Shown: one piece after another, positions 1 to 10,190 of the stretch
How the letters are laid out: the number at the start of each line of letters is the position of its first letter
How positions within the stretch are numbered: position 1 is the first letter of the stretch
Origin: Planctomycetota bacterium
GTDB taxonomy: Bacteria; Planctomycetota; UBA8108; SXIK01
NCBI GenBank assembly: GCA_965223265.1
Contig: OZ244999.1
Location: forward strand, 896,001-960,000
Direction of reading: 5' to 3'
Length of the DNA stretch: 64,000 nucleotides
Notes under the pieces: generated by a model
Databases searched by the model: none
Seen by the model: the letters and a program-made list of their open reading frames with translations, nothing else
Told to the model about the DNA's origin: nothing
Program-made: the position numbers and the translations under genes

Positions 1-1058
1 GAGATAGAGTCGTTGACGAAGCGGACACCATTGACCTCGTGACATGGCTCAAGGCGATGCTCCACTGTCTTGAAGCTGCGCACTCCTTCGGGCACGACGT
101 TCGCCGCAACTCCCATAACTGTTGCCGCCGCCGCAGCGGCTGTCGCATTGAGAAGATTGAAGCTCCCCGGGAGCTTGAGGTCGGCGCGCTCAAAGAGCAC
201 CGACGCGTCGTGACCCGCGGCACGGTCGCACCAGTAGACGAACCCGCTAGATAGGTCCGCCCAAACGCCGTCAGCTCGTGGCAGCGGGCGGTGCGTTCGG
301 CCAAAGTAGATCGTCCGCCGCGGCGACGTTTTCTTCCACGAGCGAACGCGGGCGTCCTCTGCATTCAGAATCGCAACGTTCGGCGCGCCGCCCGATTCCA
401 GAATCACTCGCTTCGCTTCGACGTAGGATTCGTAAGTCCCATGTCGATCCAAATGATTCGGCGACAGATTGGTGACCACCGCCACGTCGGGGCGGCGTTC
501 GATGGAAGCCAGATCCTCGAGTTGAAAGCTCGAGATTTCGACGACGACCCACTCGTTCTCGCGGATTCTGTTCAGCTCAGGCAGCAGCGACCGGCCGACG
601 TTGCCGCCGACCTTTGTCTCCGGCCACTTACGGCGGGCAAGGTGTCCGGTGAGGCTTGTTGTCGTCGTCTTGCCATTGGTACCAGTGACGGCGCAAATGC
701 GCCCTTTGGTGTGTTTGAAAAAGAGATTCAGCTCCGTCTCGAGTGGGATGCCACGCTGGCGGCACATTTGCAGTAGCTTTGTGTCCCTCGGTACGGCTGG
801 ACTCGGAATGACGAGATCTGCACGAAGAAAATCCTCTTCGCGGTGCTCGCCGAGCACCCACGTGACGGGCAAATGTGCGAGCTCGTTGACGACAGGCGCC
901 AAAGCGTCGCGCTGGCGAAGATCAGTGACGGTAACGTTCGCGCCATGTTGGCACAAAAACTCGGTGACGCCTTTGCCACCACCAAAGAGTCCAAGGCCCA
1001 TGACAGTCACTTGACGACCTTGGAACGACGAAAGGGGTTCAACTTGGCGTAGAAACAT
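1..1058 (-). CDS. murD: UDP-N-acetylmuramoyl-L-alanine--D-glutamate ligase (3' end beyond window edge)
   Basis: Not in the ORF track because it runs off the edge. Manual translation from ATG at 1058: MFLRQVEPLSSFQGRQVTVMGLGLFGGGKGVTEFL... and near position 1 ...PGSFNLLNA...VEHRLE...NGVRFVNDSIS, typical MurD motifs. Confidence 0.9.
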   Translation of the reverse strand, partial: MFLRQVEPLSSFQGRQVTVMGLGLFGGGKGVTEFLCQHGANVTVTDLRQRDALAPVVNELAHLPVTWVLGEHREEDFLRADLVIPSPAVPRDTKLLQMCRQRGIPLETELNLFFKHTKGRICAVTGTNGKTTTTSLTGHLARRKWPETKVGGNVGRSLLPELNRIRENEWVVVEISSFQLEDLASIERRPDVAVVTNLSPNHLDRHGTYESYVEAKRVILESGGAPNVAILNAEDARVRSWKKTSPRRTIYFGRTHRPLPRADGVWADLSSGFVYWCDRAAGHDASVLFERADLKLPGSFNLLNATAAAAAATVMGVAANVVPEGVRSFKTVEHRLEPCHEVNGVRFVNDSI

Positions 1059-1114
1059 CGCAAATCAACGCTGGATAGCTTGAGAAGTGGGAAGGCGTCG
1101 GGAAACCGACCTTT

Positions 1115-1603
1115 TCACCGCGCCGACGGCGGACCTGGCGGTCGACCGAGGTCGGCGCGCATGCGATCGACCCGCCGCTCGAGCGCGATTCTCTCCGCTT
1201 CGGTGAGCAGATCGTCTTCGATGCCCCTTGAGGCATCAGGGTACTCGGTCAGCTCCACACGCAACCCATGCACGTCTGTGATCGGCACGGGCACGAGGAG
1301 CTCCGTGAACAAGTCGAGCGGAAAGTACTCGTACCAAGGAATGCGCAGCGGCTTGCGTAGATGTTCGGCGCGGTACGCGACGACGCGGTCGTCGCGTACC
1401 TCCTTGTGGCGGATTTCGACGTCGGCCGTGCCGTAGAACGTGAAGGGCCACTGCGTCGGGCTTCGGCCGAGCTCCGTGCCGTTGACGAAGACCGTTGCAC
1501 CGGGAGGCAGCGAGTCGACCCGGAGAACACGCCGAAGGCAACCCGCTCCGGCGAGCGCGAAGGCAACAAGGGCGATGACGATCAGGCGGCCGATTCGCTG
1601 CAT
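1115..1603 (-). CDS. PEGA-domain putative lipoprotein
   Basis: MQRIGRLIVIALVAFALAGAGC lipobox-like signal, then LRVDSLPPGATVFVNGTELGRSP (PEGA-like). Start moved to the ATG at 1603. Confidence 0.7.
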   Translation of the reverse strand: MQRIGRLIVIALVAFALAGAGCLRRVLRVDSLPPGATVFVNGTELGRSPTQWPFTFYGTADVEIRHKEVRDDRVVAYRAEHLRKPLRIPWYEYFPLDLFTELLVPVPITDVHGLRVELTEYPDASRGIEDDLLTEAERIALERRVDRMRADLGRPPGPPSAR

Positions 1604-1884
1604 GGCGGCGGGATTATACCGAAGGCGACGAACGCAACGCGAGTGAAAAGCTGCGCGCATGCACGTGGTGAGACTCGTGGGGAACGGCGTCGGTGGGGGC
1701 GTTTACTGCGCCAGCGAGCCGGTTATACTCTGAGGCCTGGTTCGAGCGTTGCGAACATGTCGGACGTACCTCAGGCATGGTCGTCCAGTGGTGTCATCGT
1801 CCATGCACGAGTGACGGCGAGGCAACGTTGAAGTGGCTCAAGTGCAAGTGATGGCCCGACCAAGGTGAAGAGTATGGTGAAGCG

Positions 1885-2298
1885 ATGACGAAGAGATGGT
1901 ACAGCGATGGGCTTCAGTTCACTTGTACCCAATGTGGTCGCTGCTGTACCGGGGAGCCGGGGTACGTCTGGGTGACCAAGGCGGAGGTCGCGGCTCTAGC
2001 GGCGCATCTCAAGATGGATCTCCATGCTTTTGGTCGGCGTTACCTGCGGCGTATTGGTCGACGGTATTCACTAGTCGAAAAGTCCAACAACGATTGTGTT
2101 TTCTACGACGGCGGCTGCACGGTCTATTCCGTGCGCCCAAAGCAATGCCGGACGTATCCGTTCTGGCCTGAGAATCTACGTTCGCGAACGGCCTGGGAAG
2201 AAGTCGCCCAGGAGTGTCCCGGGGCGGGCGCCGGTCAGCTCTACCCGGTGGAAGAGATTCGGCGAATCGTTCGCGGTGACAGCGCGGCGTCGTCGTAG
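1885..2298 (+). CDS. YkgJ-family cysteine-cluster (CxxCxxCC) protein
   Basis: FTCTQCGRCC, CVFY...CTVYSVRPKQCRTYPFW, CPG motifs. Confidence 0.85.
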   Translation: MTKRWYSDGLQFTCTQCGRCCTGEPGYVWVTKAEVAALAAHLKMDLHAFGRRYLRRIGRRYSLVEKSNNDCVFYDGGCTVYSVRPKQCRTYPFWPENLRSRTAWEEVAQECPGAGAGQLYPVEEIRRIVRGDSAASS

Positions 2299-2301
2299 GA
2301 C

Positions 2302-4512
2302 GTGGGGCGCGTTCCCTGGAGGAAACCATCAGTGGTGACTCATGCTGTCGCATCTCCACCGCAGCCCGCAGCCGCCGGCGTGCTGCTGAGCAGCCGATCT
2401 GGAATCGCGTGGGTGGTGTTCCTGATCCTTGTCGTCACGCATGGTTGCGCCCGGAGCGCGCGCCCGCTACAGCCGCCCAGGCGGACAGTTGCTGAACGTG
2501 ATTTTCGCCTTGTCGAAGAAATTGAGTGGGCCCGCCTGCCGGGCAGCCACGTCGCCCTCAGCACTCATTTCGAGTCGGAATGGCCGCAGGTACGTGAGCG
2601 TGCCGCGCTGGCTTGGCGTCGCCTTGGTCGTGGCGGAGACGATGAGGTGATCGCACGTCAGTTTGAGGTCGATGCCGATGCCGCTGTGCGGGAGGCTCTC
2701 GCTGCAGCTGCTTCCGTGTGCTCGCGACGCACCGCGACGCAAATACTTCGCAAGGCTCGGGAGTTCCCGGCAGATGTGCGAGCCAGTGCTGCCGCGGCGC
2801 TTGAACGTGCGGGCGGTGAACGAGCCGTTGAGCTCGTGTCGACTTTTCTCAGCGACGACGATGCCAGCGTTCGATCCCAGGCGATCTTTGGGGTCGGAGT
2901 GAACCTGACACCTCAACTTGCCGGCGTCGTGGCCGCACGCCTGCCCGCGGAGACTGATCCGACGGCGCGTTGGGCGCTGTGGAGCCTCGCCGCGCGAAGC
3001 GTCGCCGTGCGCGACAAGCTGCTGGAGCTGCCTGACGCCCACAGACTCCTGGGCGAGGCTCGCGACGACCCGAACTTTCTTGTCGCCTATTTCGCGCGGC
3101 AAACCGCTGCACGACTCGCGGGGCGGCAAGAAGTCGTCGCGGCGCTGGAAGTCGCCGCCGCGGAAGATCGGTTCTGGCTCGTGCGGACGAGTCTCCTAGA
3201 AGAACTCACGGCGAAGATCGACGCGCAGCGCAAGAGCGGCAGGAACTCGCAGTCAACTGAGAAGCTGTTGCTTGTGGCTGCTACGAAAGCGCTGGAGAGT
3301 CCCGATGCTTTCGCGCTACGAGATCGAGCGGCAAGGGCGCTCGCGTGGATCCAAGATTCGGCGTTGGTGAACGATACCGAGCGCTTCGTCTTGGCGATGG
3401 CGCCGCATCTCAAGGCGGCTTGGATTCGAGGTCTTTGCGCGGCGAGCTCTCCGACGCATGATGACGGTCGCACGGCAGCGGAGCGTGATGCTGACGGCGA
3501 GTGCGCTCCGTGGGTCCTTCGTGCGCTGCGACTTGACGAGTGCCTCGTGGATCCGTCTCCCGCAGTTCGCAGAGCGGCTCTGATCCGTTCCCTGAAGTGC
3601 GACGTGAAGCGCGGCGTGGACGGTCCGCAGAATTTCGCCGCCGCGGCGGATCCAGCGCTGCGTGCAGAGTGGGTGCGGGCTGCACCGTTGGTGGACGCGG
3701 CGGCGGTCGCAACCTTCCTGAACGATGCGTCGCCTCGCGTGCGGGAGGCAATGCTTCTCCGTCTCCGCAGTGACGAGAGCGTTCCCGTGCCGTCTGACTT
3801 TCCTCACGAACTGGCCGCGCACCACGGCTGGCTTGAGCGGATGCTGTGGATCGATGTAGCGGTGGTGCGCCTCGGCGCAAGCGCCTCGCACCCGATCCTA
3901 CAGCGGGGCCTGCAGGACTCTATCGCGAGCGTTGCCCTCCATGCCTTCGAAATGGCGCGTCGCGTCTCTGGCGATACCGTGCAGTCGCCAGCTGGTTTGA
4001 ATTCGCGTCTGCGCTTGAGTGTTTCGCCGTGGGTCCCGCGGCGAAATCTCGAGCACGAGGGGCTGCCACCGCGCATAGTCATTCATGTAGACGGTAGCGA
4101 ACGGTTCGTCATCGCGCTCGATACCCAAGCGGCACCCGTTCACGCCGCCATGCTGGTCGCCTTGGCGCGTTCTGGTTACATGGTGGGGCGGAAAGTTGGC
4201 GGGGTCGAGCGTGACGAGGGCGTCCTGTTCGCCATGGGAGCTTCGGACCCTTGGCTGGCCGGGCCGATTGTGCCCGAGCTCTCTCCCGTCCCTCTGCGGC
4301 GCGGTGCCGTCGTCGGCGTTCACGGCTATCAGCCGCCCGCCCGATTCGATGTCGGCCGCTGGGATGACCCCGGCAGCTTTCGCGTCCTCCTGTGCCCGCG
4401 CCCCGCGCTTGCAGCGACGACGACTCGCTTCGGGGAGGTGGTACTGGGCATGGAGGTTGTCGACGGACTGCGTCCAGGTGCGACCATCACAGCGGTCGAG
4501 GTCGTCGATTGA
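2302..4512 (+). CDS. HEAT-repeat protein with C-terminal cyclophilin-like domain
   Basis: Hydrophobic segment ending HGC; repeated D-x-x-VR-x-A HEAT-like units; C-terminal APVHAAMLVALARSGY...FGEVVLGMEVVDGL resembles the cyclophilin fold. Start uncertain. Confidence 0.65.
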   Translation: MGRVPWRKPSVVTHAVASPPQPAAAGVLLSSRSGIAWVVFLILVVTHGCARSARPLQPPRRTVAERDFRLVEEIEWARLPGSHVALSTHFESEWPQVRERAALAWRRLGRGGDDEVIARQFEVDADAAVREALAAAASVCSRRTATQILRKAREFPADVRASAAAALERAGGERAVELVSTFLSDDDASVRSQAIFGVGVNLTPQLAGVVAARLPAETDPTARWALWSLAARSVAVRDKLLELPDAHRLLGEARDDPNFLVAYFARQTAARLAGRQEVVAALEVAAAEDRFWLVRTSLLEELTAKIDAQRKSGRNSQSTEKLLLVAATKALESPDAFALRDRAARALAWIQDSALVNDTERFVLAMAPHLKAAWIRGLCAASSPTHDDGRTAAERDADGECAPWVLRALRLDECLVDPSPAVRRAALIRSLKCDVKRGVDGPQNFAAAADPALRAEWVRAAPLVDAAAVATFLNDASPRVREAMLLRLRSDESVPVPSDFPHELAAHHGWLERMLWIDVAVVRLGASASHPILQRGLQDSIASVALHAFEMARRVSGDTVQSPAGLNSRLRLSVSPWVPRRNLEHEGLPPRIVIHVDGSERFVIALDTQAAPVHAAMLVALARSGYMVGRKVGGVERDEGVLFAMGASDPWLAGPIVPELSPVPLRRGAVVGVHGYQPPARFDVGRWDDPGSFRVLLCPRPALAATTTRFGEVVLGMEVVDGLRPGATITAVEVVD

Positions 4513-4749
4513 GGACCCGGATGGTCGTTCGGCGTCGGCTCTCTGCGGCGCTGGCTAGTCGGCTCGAGGGGGTGATAACGGCCGCTTTCGTGGTTTTGTA
4601 AGCCTTTTATTCACCACGCGTTACCGTTGTTTCCTCGGTGCCAAAGTAGAAAAAAACGGCGGACCGTCCGACAATATTTGGGGGAAGCGAGCTACTCGCT
4701 CGCTCCCTCGTGGGGCGATCACGAACCGTCTTGCAGAGGTCAGAGAGAC

Positions 4750-5358
4750 ATGTCGCAGGGAATTCCGGCCGACCATGCCCTCCGACGCCTCTTTCGAGGC
4801 GCGGTCGACCGGGCGTTTACGTGCCACCGCGAGCTCTACGCGCCAGACGTCGCGTCACACCTTTCCGACAGCTTGCTTGCCGACTTCGTCCACATGGACG
4901 CAGTCTACCGACTTTGCAGTGCGGACGGGCAGCGGCTCGAAGATCTTCCCGAAATGCTGCAGGTCTCTGTGCAACCTGAAGGACCGGAGCGCCGACTCGA
5001 AGTCGACCGCTACATCGGCGATTTCACCCTTTTCATGCTGGGGTTCTTTCCTCGCGCACTGCATCTCCATCACCTCTTCGCCCCAAAGCCGATGATCTCT
5101 CGCGTCGGCAAGCTGCTCGTGCAGTTCGAGCAGACGACCGATTTTTACTCCGCCGAGGGGCGCAACGCCTACGGCCGCGCCGCGGAGACAGCGCGACTGT
5201 TTGATCCACAAGCTCGTCAGACCTTCAGCCAACTGGCGGATCGCTACGATGGCTATCGAGAGTTGATGACGACGGTCAAAGAGATTCTCGCCGACACGCC
5301 GCAGGTCAAAGAGATCGAGAACGCCCTCGACGACGGCGCTGGCGGAGACGTCGACTAG
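4750..5358 (+). CDS. conserved hypothetical protein
   Basis: Globular-looking ORF MSQGIPADHALRRLF...RYIGDFTLFMLGFFP; start moved to the ATG at 4750. Confidence 0.65.
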   Translation: MSQGIPADHALRRLFRGAVDRAFTCHRELYAPDVASHLSDSLLADFVHMDAVYRLCSADGQRLEDLPEMLQVSVQPEGPERRLEVDRYIGDFTLFMLGFFPRALHLHHLFAPKPMISRVGKLLVQFEQTTDFYSAEGRNAYGRAAETARLFDPQARQTFSQLADRYDGYRELMTTVKEILADTPQVKEIENALDDGAGGDVD

Positions 5359-5560
5359 CCGAGTTCGATTTTATCGTAAACTTGACCGCTGCGACGTGCC
5401 GATCCTTTCAACGTGAGCAGCCCCCGGGCAGGACGGCGGCGATTCGAGTGGCCGTCCTGATCGCCGACTGCCGTGTGAAACGGCCGCCGCGTGTCACGTC
5501 GCGGTGTCGGTCGAGATGTCTGCAGAGATGGGCTGCACGACCGCTTGAAGGAGACTTGCT

Positions 5561-6295
5561 ATGTCGCTTCTGAAGCTCACGTCTCGTTTGCTTCTCATCA
5601 CCGTCGGTCTCTTCCTTTTCGCGCTAGGTTGCGAGACGGTTGTGCAGCAGGAGGGTACCTATTCGTTGCCGTCTGAGAAGAAGGAGCAGTTCTCTATTCT
5701 TGACTCCCGCTTAAAGTCGCTACGATCACAGGCGAAGCAGTACCCGAAAAAGCATTCTTTGCACTATCAGATCGCGGGTATCCACTTTCAGAAAGAAGCG
5801 TATCAAGAGTGCGTCTCAGCTCTGGCTCGCGCGATCGATCTTTCCCCAAATCAGTCCCGCTACCATTACCATATGGGTCGCGCCTACGAGAAAATGGGTG
5901 AGCTCGGCCAAGCGGAACTTAGCTTTGAGAAGGCCGTGCAGCATGTGCCGCCAGGGCGCTACACTGGACCGCATGCCGCCTACGGCTACATTCTAGCTCG
6001 GAACGGCAAACTGGAGCGCGCCAAAACGCAGTTTAAGCTGTGCACGCGGATCGAGCCGGATGACCCCTCGTTTTATTATTGGCTCGGATCTTTGAGTGAT
6101 ATGACTGGCGACGTCGAGGGGACCATCCACAACTACCGCGAGTACCTTCGTCGTGGTGGGTGGGAGTATCGTAAGAAGGCTCTTTTCGTTCTTAGCAAGC
6201 TCGGGATCGACATGGAGGTGACCGAGCCAGCCACCGTGCACCGAGAGCTCTCGCCTGAGAATCTGCCCGACGATTTCGCGGCACCGGAAGAGTAA
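5561..6295 (+). CDS. TPR-repeat lipoprotein
   Basis: Lipobox ALGC; TPR-like repeats (YHYHMGRAYEKMG, AAYGYILARNG, YYWLGSLS); GGAG RBS upstream. Confidence 0.8.
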   Translation: MSLLKLTSRLLLITVGLFLFALGCETVVQQEGTYSLPSEKKEQFSILDSRLKSLRSQAKQYPKKHSLHYQIAGIHFQKEAYQECVSALARAIDLSPNQSRYHYHMGRAYEKMGELGQAELSFEKAVQHVPPGRYTGPHAAYGYILARNGKLERAKTQFKLCTRIEPDDPSFYYWLGSLSDMTGDVEGTIHNYREYLRRGGWEYRKKALFVLSKLGIDMEVTEPATVHRELSPENLPDDFAAPEE

Positions 6296-6555
6296 CCGGG
6301 CGGCGCGAGGGCGTTCGCCTCTGGCTTGCGACGCGTCGACCCGGGCGCTATGCTACTCTCTTCTGAATCGCAACCGCCCCCGCGAGCCGACCCGCCCGAT
6401 CCTATTCGTTGATCCGGCTCAGCCGGCGTCCCGCGCGCGTCAGGCCACACCTGGCCTTCTTTCGTGCTCGCGTGGATGTGTTCGCGGGTCCTCGACTCGG
6501 CACGTAAGCGCTCGGCCGAGTGGCTCTGTTGTCGACGGGAGAGACGCGCCGCAGC

Positions 6556-6759
6556 ATGATTCGCATCACGGTGAACGGAAACCGCCAATCCTTTGACTCT
6601 GAGCTGACCGTCTCTGATCTACTCGAGCAGCTCGGTGCGCCAAAAGGGGCGGTCGCTGTCGAGGTCAACCAGGCCATCATCCCGCGCAGCGCTCATGAGC
6701 TGCATCGGCTCGAGGACGGCGACGTCATTGAGGTCGTCACCTTCGTCGGGGGTGGGTAA
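6556..6759 (+). CDS. thiS: sulfur carrier protein ThiS
   Basis: MIRITVNG...VAVEVN...EDGDVIEVVTFVGGG with C-terminal GG; adjacent to thiG. Confidence 0.93.
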   Translation: MIRITVNGNRQSFDSELTVSDLLEQLGAPKGAVAVEVNQAIIPRSAHELHRLEDGDVIEVVTFVGGG

Positions 6760-6893
6760 GCGATCTGGCACCGGCCCGGCTGGGTCGGCGAACCGAGATT
6801 CTTTAGCGCGCAGCGCGGCGTCAGCATGTTACGCTGCCGAGCGATACCCCGAGGCAGGACTGATCGGGCTCACGACATAGGAAAACTCAACGG

Positions 6894-7685
6894 ATGACAC
6901 AACAGAAGCACGATGGACCGCTCAAGCTCGGTCAACACGAGTTCCGCTCGCGACTGATTGTTGGCACAGGCAAGTACCGATCTTTTGAAGAGATGCGGGC
7001 GTGTCATGAGGCGTCGGGCGCTGAGATGGTCACGGTCGCTATCCGGCGCGTTGACTTCGACGCTGAGAAGAATCTGATCGATTTCATCGATCGGGATCGC
7101 CTCACCATTCTGCCGAACACCGCAGGCTGTTACTCCGCCGTCGACGCAATTCGTGTGGCCCGGATGGCACGCGAGCTTTTGGAGACGGACCTGATCAAAC
7201 TGGAGGTGTTGGGTGACGAGAAAACGCTGCTCCCAGAGCCGATCGAGACACTGAAAGCGACAGAGACTCTTGTGGGCGAAGGATTCACGGTCTTAACGTA
7301 TACGTCCGATGACCCCATCTTGGCGCGGCGTTTGGCTGAGGCGGGAGCGACCAGCGTGATGCCGGCTGGGTCTCCCATCGGTTCGGGGCAGGGGGTGCTC
7401 AACCCAAACAATATCGCGATCATCCTCGAGAGCATCGACGTCCCGGTGATCGTCGACGCTGGGGTCGGTACGGCGTCGGATGTCGCGATCGCTATGGAGC
7501 TGGGTGCCGACGGCGTGCTGCTGAATTCAGGAATCGCCCTCGCGGAGGACCCGCTGAGGATGGCAAGGGCAATGTGTCTTGGTGTCGAAGCAGGTCGCCT
7601 CGCATATCTGGCTGGCCGGATACCACGAAAACTGTACGGCTCGGCGTCCAGCCCCCTTGAGGGCGTCCCGTTGAGTCGGCGTTGA
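6894..7685 (+). CDS. thiG: thiazole synthase
   Basis: [44 protein letters not shown] motifs. Confidence 0.97.
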   Translation: MTQQKHDGPLKLGQHEFRSRLIVGTGKYRSFEEMRACHEASGAEMVTVAIRRVDFDAEKNLIDFIDRDRLTILPNTAGCYSAVDAIRVARMARELLETDLIKLEVLGDEKTLLPEPIETLKATETLVGEGFTVLTYTSDDPILARRLAEAGATSVMPAGSPIGSGQGVLNPNNIAIILESIDVPVIVDAGVGTASDVAIAMELGADGVLLNSGIALAEDPLRMARAMCLGVEAGRLAYLAGRIPRKLYGSASSPLEGVPLSRR

Positions 7686-7757
7686 TCGTTTGGTCGCGGT
7701 GAAAACGAGGGACGCGTCGTCGAAGCTCTGATCGTTTATGCCACGCTAGCCGTCGCG

Positions 7758-8507
7758 GTGCTGGTGCTGGTTGCGCTCCACCGCTGGGGATTTCGCCGGC
7801 CGGCCGCGCCGTGCGAGCCTCTTCTTGCCACGCCGTTCGATGCGCTACTTCTTTTGTTCTTCTGGTTTTTGGCGCAGGCCGCGGCCCATACGATTGTTGG
7901 TCAATTGCTCGGCACGCAAGAGTTGAGCGCCGACGTCGTGTTTCTCTCCAGCCTCGTCGTCGCCGCGCTCGTGTTCTTGGTGCTCGCCGCCTACGGCCGT
8001 GTCACGGGGCAGAGCTGGTCTGCCTTCGGATTTCGCCTGCCGCACCGCAGTGCGCTGTGGTTGCCGCTGTTTCTGCTCGCTTCGTGGTGGCTCGTTCAGT
8101 GTGTCGCACTCGTGTGGAAAGCGATGCTGGACAGAGGCGGCTACAACACCGAACCGCAGCAAGTGATCTTTATCCTTCGCGACCTTGCTGCAGACCATGA
8201 CGTTCTGGCAGTGGTGAAGTTTGCGGTGGCGTCGATTCTCCTCGCTCCGTTGATCGAAGAGATCGTATTTCGCGGCTTTTTTTTCGCTGCGCTCGAAACT
8301 CGGTTTGGATTCGCTCTCGCAGCGAGCATCTCGAGTTTCATTTTTGCGGTGGTTCATCTCAACCTGTTGACGCTGGCGCCGCTTGCTCTTCTCGGTTTTA
8401 TCTTCTGCTATCTTTATCAGCGCACGGGATCACTGTGGCTGCCCATCGCCTATCACAGCCTTTTCAACGGCGCGAACACGATTCTCGGGATTCTCGGGGA
8501 GTCGTAG
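7758..8507 (+). CDS. CPBP (CAAX/Abi) family intramembrane metalloprotease
   Basis: Multiple TM segments; EEIVFRG, FAVVH and HSLFN motifs. Confidence 0.9.
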   Translation: MLVLVALHRWGFRRPAAPCEPLLATPFDALLLLFFWFLAQAAAHTIVGQLLGTQELSADVVFLSSLVVAALVFLVLAAYGRVTGQSWSAFGFRLPHRSALWLPLFLLASWWLVQCVALVWKAMLDRGGYNTEPQQVIFILRDLAADHDVLAVVKFAVASILLAPLIEEIVFRGFFFAALETRFGFALAASISSFIFAVVHLNLLTLAPLALLGFIFCYLYQRTGSLWLPIAYHSLFNGANTILGILGES

Positions 8508-8510
8508 GGA

Positions 8511-8586
8511 CGGCGGGGCTGGAGCGGAGGCAGAGCCAGATACAGATACAGATACAGATACAGATACAGAGACGGAAGGCAGAGAC
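8511..8586. repeat. degenerate hexamer tandem tract, including 5 perfect CAGATA copies (8537-8566)
   Basis: ggagcggaggcagagc(cagata)x5cagagacggaaggcagagac read directly; the tract resumes at 10242 beyond the IS110. Confidence 0.9.
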
Positions 8587-8598
8587 ACCTATGGTCCG

Positions 8599-9062
8599 AC
8601 TGTTGTCAACGGGGGAGCTTTCTTTTCTTGATTGTCTTCAATCCGACGTGGGGCAGTTGGGTTGCCTGGGGGTCCGGGGGGCGGCGGGTAGAGCGCCCCC
8701 GGGCTCTGTGCAGCCCGGAAGGTACCGCACGCGGGAGAGATCATTTTCGTAGTAGTGCTGTGTTGTCTTTGGGCTGGCGGTAAAGAAGCCAAGTGTTCGG
8801 TTCGCTCTGAGCGCCGGGGCGGCAAAGCGCCTCGCGGCCAACTCCTATGCGTGTCCGCTCTCTGGCGGATCACCTGATACTGCGTTCGCATCGCGGCAGG
8901 CGAACCGACAAGGACGGTTCCTTCTGAGAAGCACGGCGGCTTGGAAAGCCAGCCCAGCCTCTGCTCGAACGCGTCCTACAGTCGGCCAAGAATCCGAGTC
9001 AGCCCTGCAGGTCCCTCCGTTTGAGTTGGGTTGGTGTGTTGAGCCTGTTGCTGGTCATCGAA
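8599..9062 (-). ncRNA. candidate bridge/seek RNA region of the IS110 element
   Basis: ~470-nt non-coding, hairpin-rich segment between transposase stop and IS end, where IS1111-type elements encode their guide RNA. Exact boundaries unknown. Confidence 0.55.
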
Positions 9063-10190
9063 TTAGGAACTGAGCCGTGCCAACGGAGGTGGTACGTCAG
9101 TGCTGAGGAATCGCCAGAGCGAAATGAGCAGCTTTCTGGCTAAGGCGACGATTCCCGCCTTGCGCGAGCGCTTGGTGCCTGGCCCATAGCGCTGGCAGAA
9201 CCATTGAGATAGCTGGCTCTGTGGCTGAAAGCGCAGCCAGTTCCAGGCAGCCTGAACCATGAGTGTGCGTACACGCCCGTTGCCAGCTTTGCTGATTCCT
9301 TGCTCGCGTTTGATGTTGTCACTGCGCCAGGGAACGCTCACCATTCCTGCCAGGGCTCCGATTTCACGGCGATTGTTGAACTTACGCCAGAAGAACTCGT
9401 AGTAGAGCGTTGCGGCAGTGTACATGCCGATGCCGCGCAGGCTGTTGAGCTTGCCGACTTTCTTGCAGGCCTCCGGCGAGTTGGTGAGCGTTTCGAGAGT
9501 CTCGGCCTCAATCTCAGCGATTTGCTCTTCGACAAGCTGCAGCCGAGCGTGCTCGCGTAGCATGCCTGCCTTGGCATGCGGGGGGATCGCAGATCCATCG
9601 GGGCCGCGTAACGTGTCGATGATTTCAGGCAGCTTCTTGAGGCGGGCGCGGATGCCGAACTTGATCAACATGTCCTTGAGGCGATTGATGTGCCGAGTGC
9701 GATCCTTGACAAGGCGCTGACGCTCTCTTGGCAGGCGGCGCTCGTCCTCGATCTGCACGCTCGGCACGTTGACAACGCGCAGTGGGCTGCGCGACGAGCC
9801 GTGGTGACGGATCAAAAGATCGAGCATCTTCTCTCCGTCGAGGCGATCGGTCTTTTGACGCTTGGCGCGCTGATCGACCTCGCAGCTAGCCGGGTCAATG
9901 ACGGCGTTGTGGATCCCACTGTCTACGAGCCAACGGTGCAGCCAGAATCCATCGCGGCCAGCTTCGTAGCAGCTCACCACCTCAGCTTGCGGCGAAAGGC
10001 GCAAGCGCGCCTTGGCTTTCGAGAGCTCTTCCTGAAACTCCGCAAGGTTTCCCGCCTCGACCGTCCTGCAGCGCGGCCGGCTCCCCGCAACACCGCTGAC
10101 GAGCTTCCACGTTGTGTTGCCAACGTCAATTGCCACGTGAAGAACTTCGCTCATGTCGGTAAGCTGTCCCTGGGTCGTTCTTGTTGCCAT
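9063..10190 (-). CDS. IS110-family transposase (DEDD recombinase)
   Basis: VAIDVG, CYEAGRDGFWLHRWL, KTDRLDG, LRGIG, SDNIKREQGISKAGN, ALARKL; likely start MATRTTQ at 10190 after a GGAG RBS. Confidence 0.95.
   Translation of the reverse strand: MATRTTQGQLTDMSEVLHVAIDVGNTTWKLVSGVAGSRPRCRTVEAGNLAEFQEELSKAKARLRLSPQAEVVSCYEAGRDGFWLHRWLVDSGIHNAVIDPASCEVDQRAKRQKTDRLDGEKMLDLLIRHHGSSRSPLRVVNVPSVQIEDERRLPRERQRLVKDRTRHINRLKDMLIKFGIRARLKKLPEIIDTLRGPDGSAIPPHAKAGMLREHARLQLVEEQIAEIEAETLETLTNSPEACKKVGKLNSLRGIGMYTAATLYYEFFWRKFNNRREIGALAGMVSVPWRSDNIKREQGISKAGNGRVRTLMVQAAWNWLRFQPQSQLSQWFCQRYGPGTKRSRKAGIVALARKLLISLWRFLSTDVPPPLARLSS

Noticed and set aside
6296-6555. TPP riboswitch upstream of thiS-thiG
   Set aside because: The conserved CUGAGA and downstream core motifs were not found in this spacer.
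8537-8566. Short repeats here and at 62580-62635 as CRISPR arrays
   Set aside because: Units are 6-7 nt, contiguous, with no spacers and no cas genes.
8604-8609. Outward-facing TTGACA near the IS110 end as a circle-junction promoter
   Set aside because: No recognisable -10 hexamer 16-18 nt downstream in the reconstructed junction.
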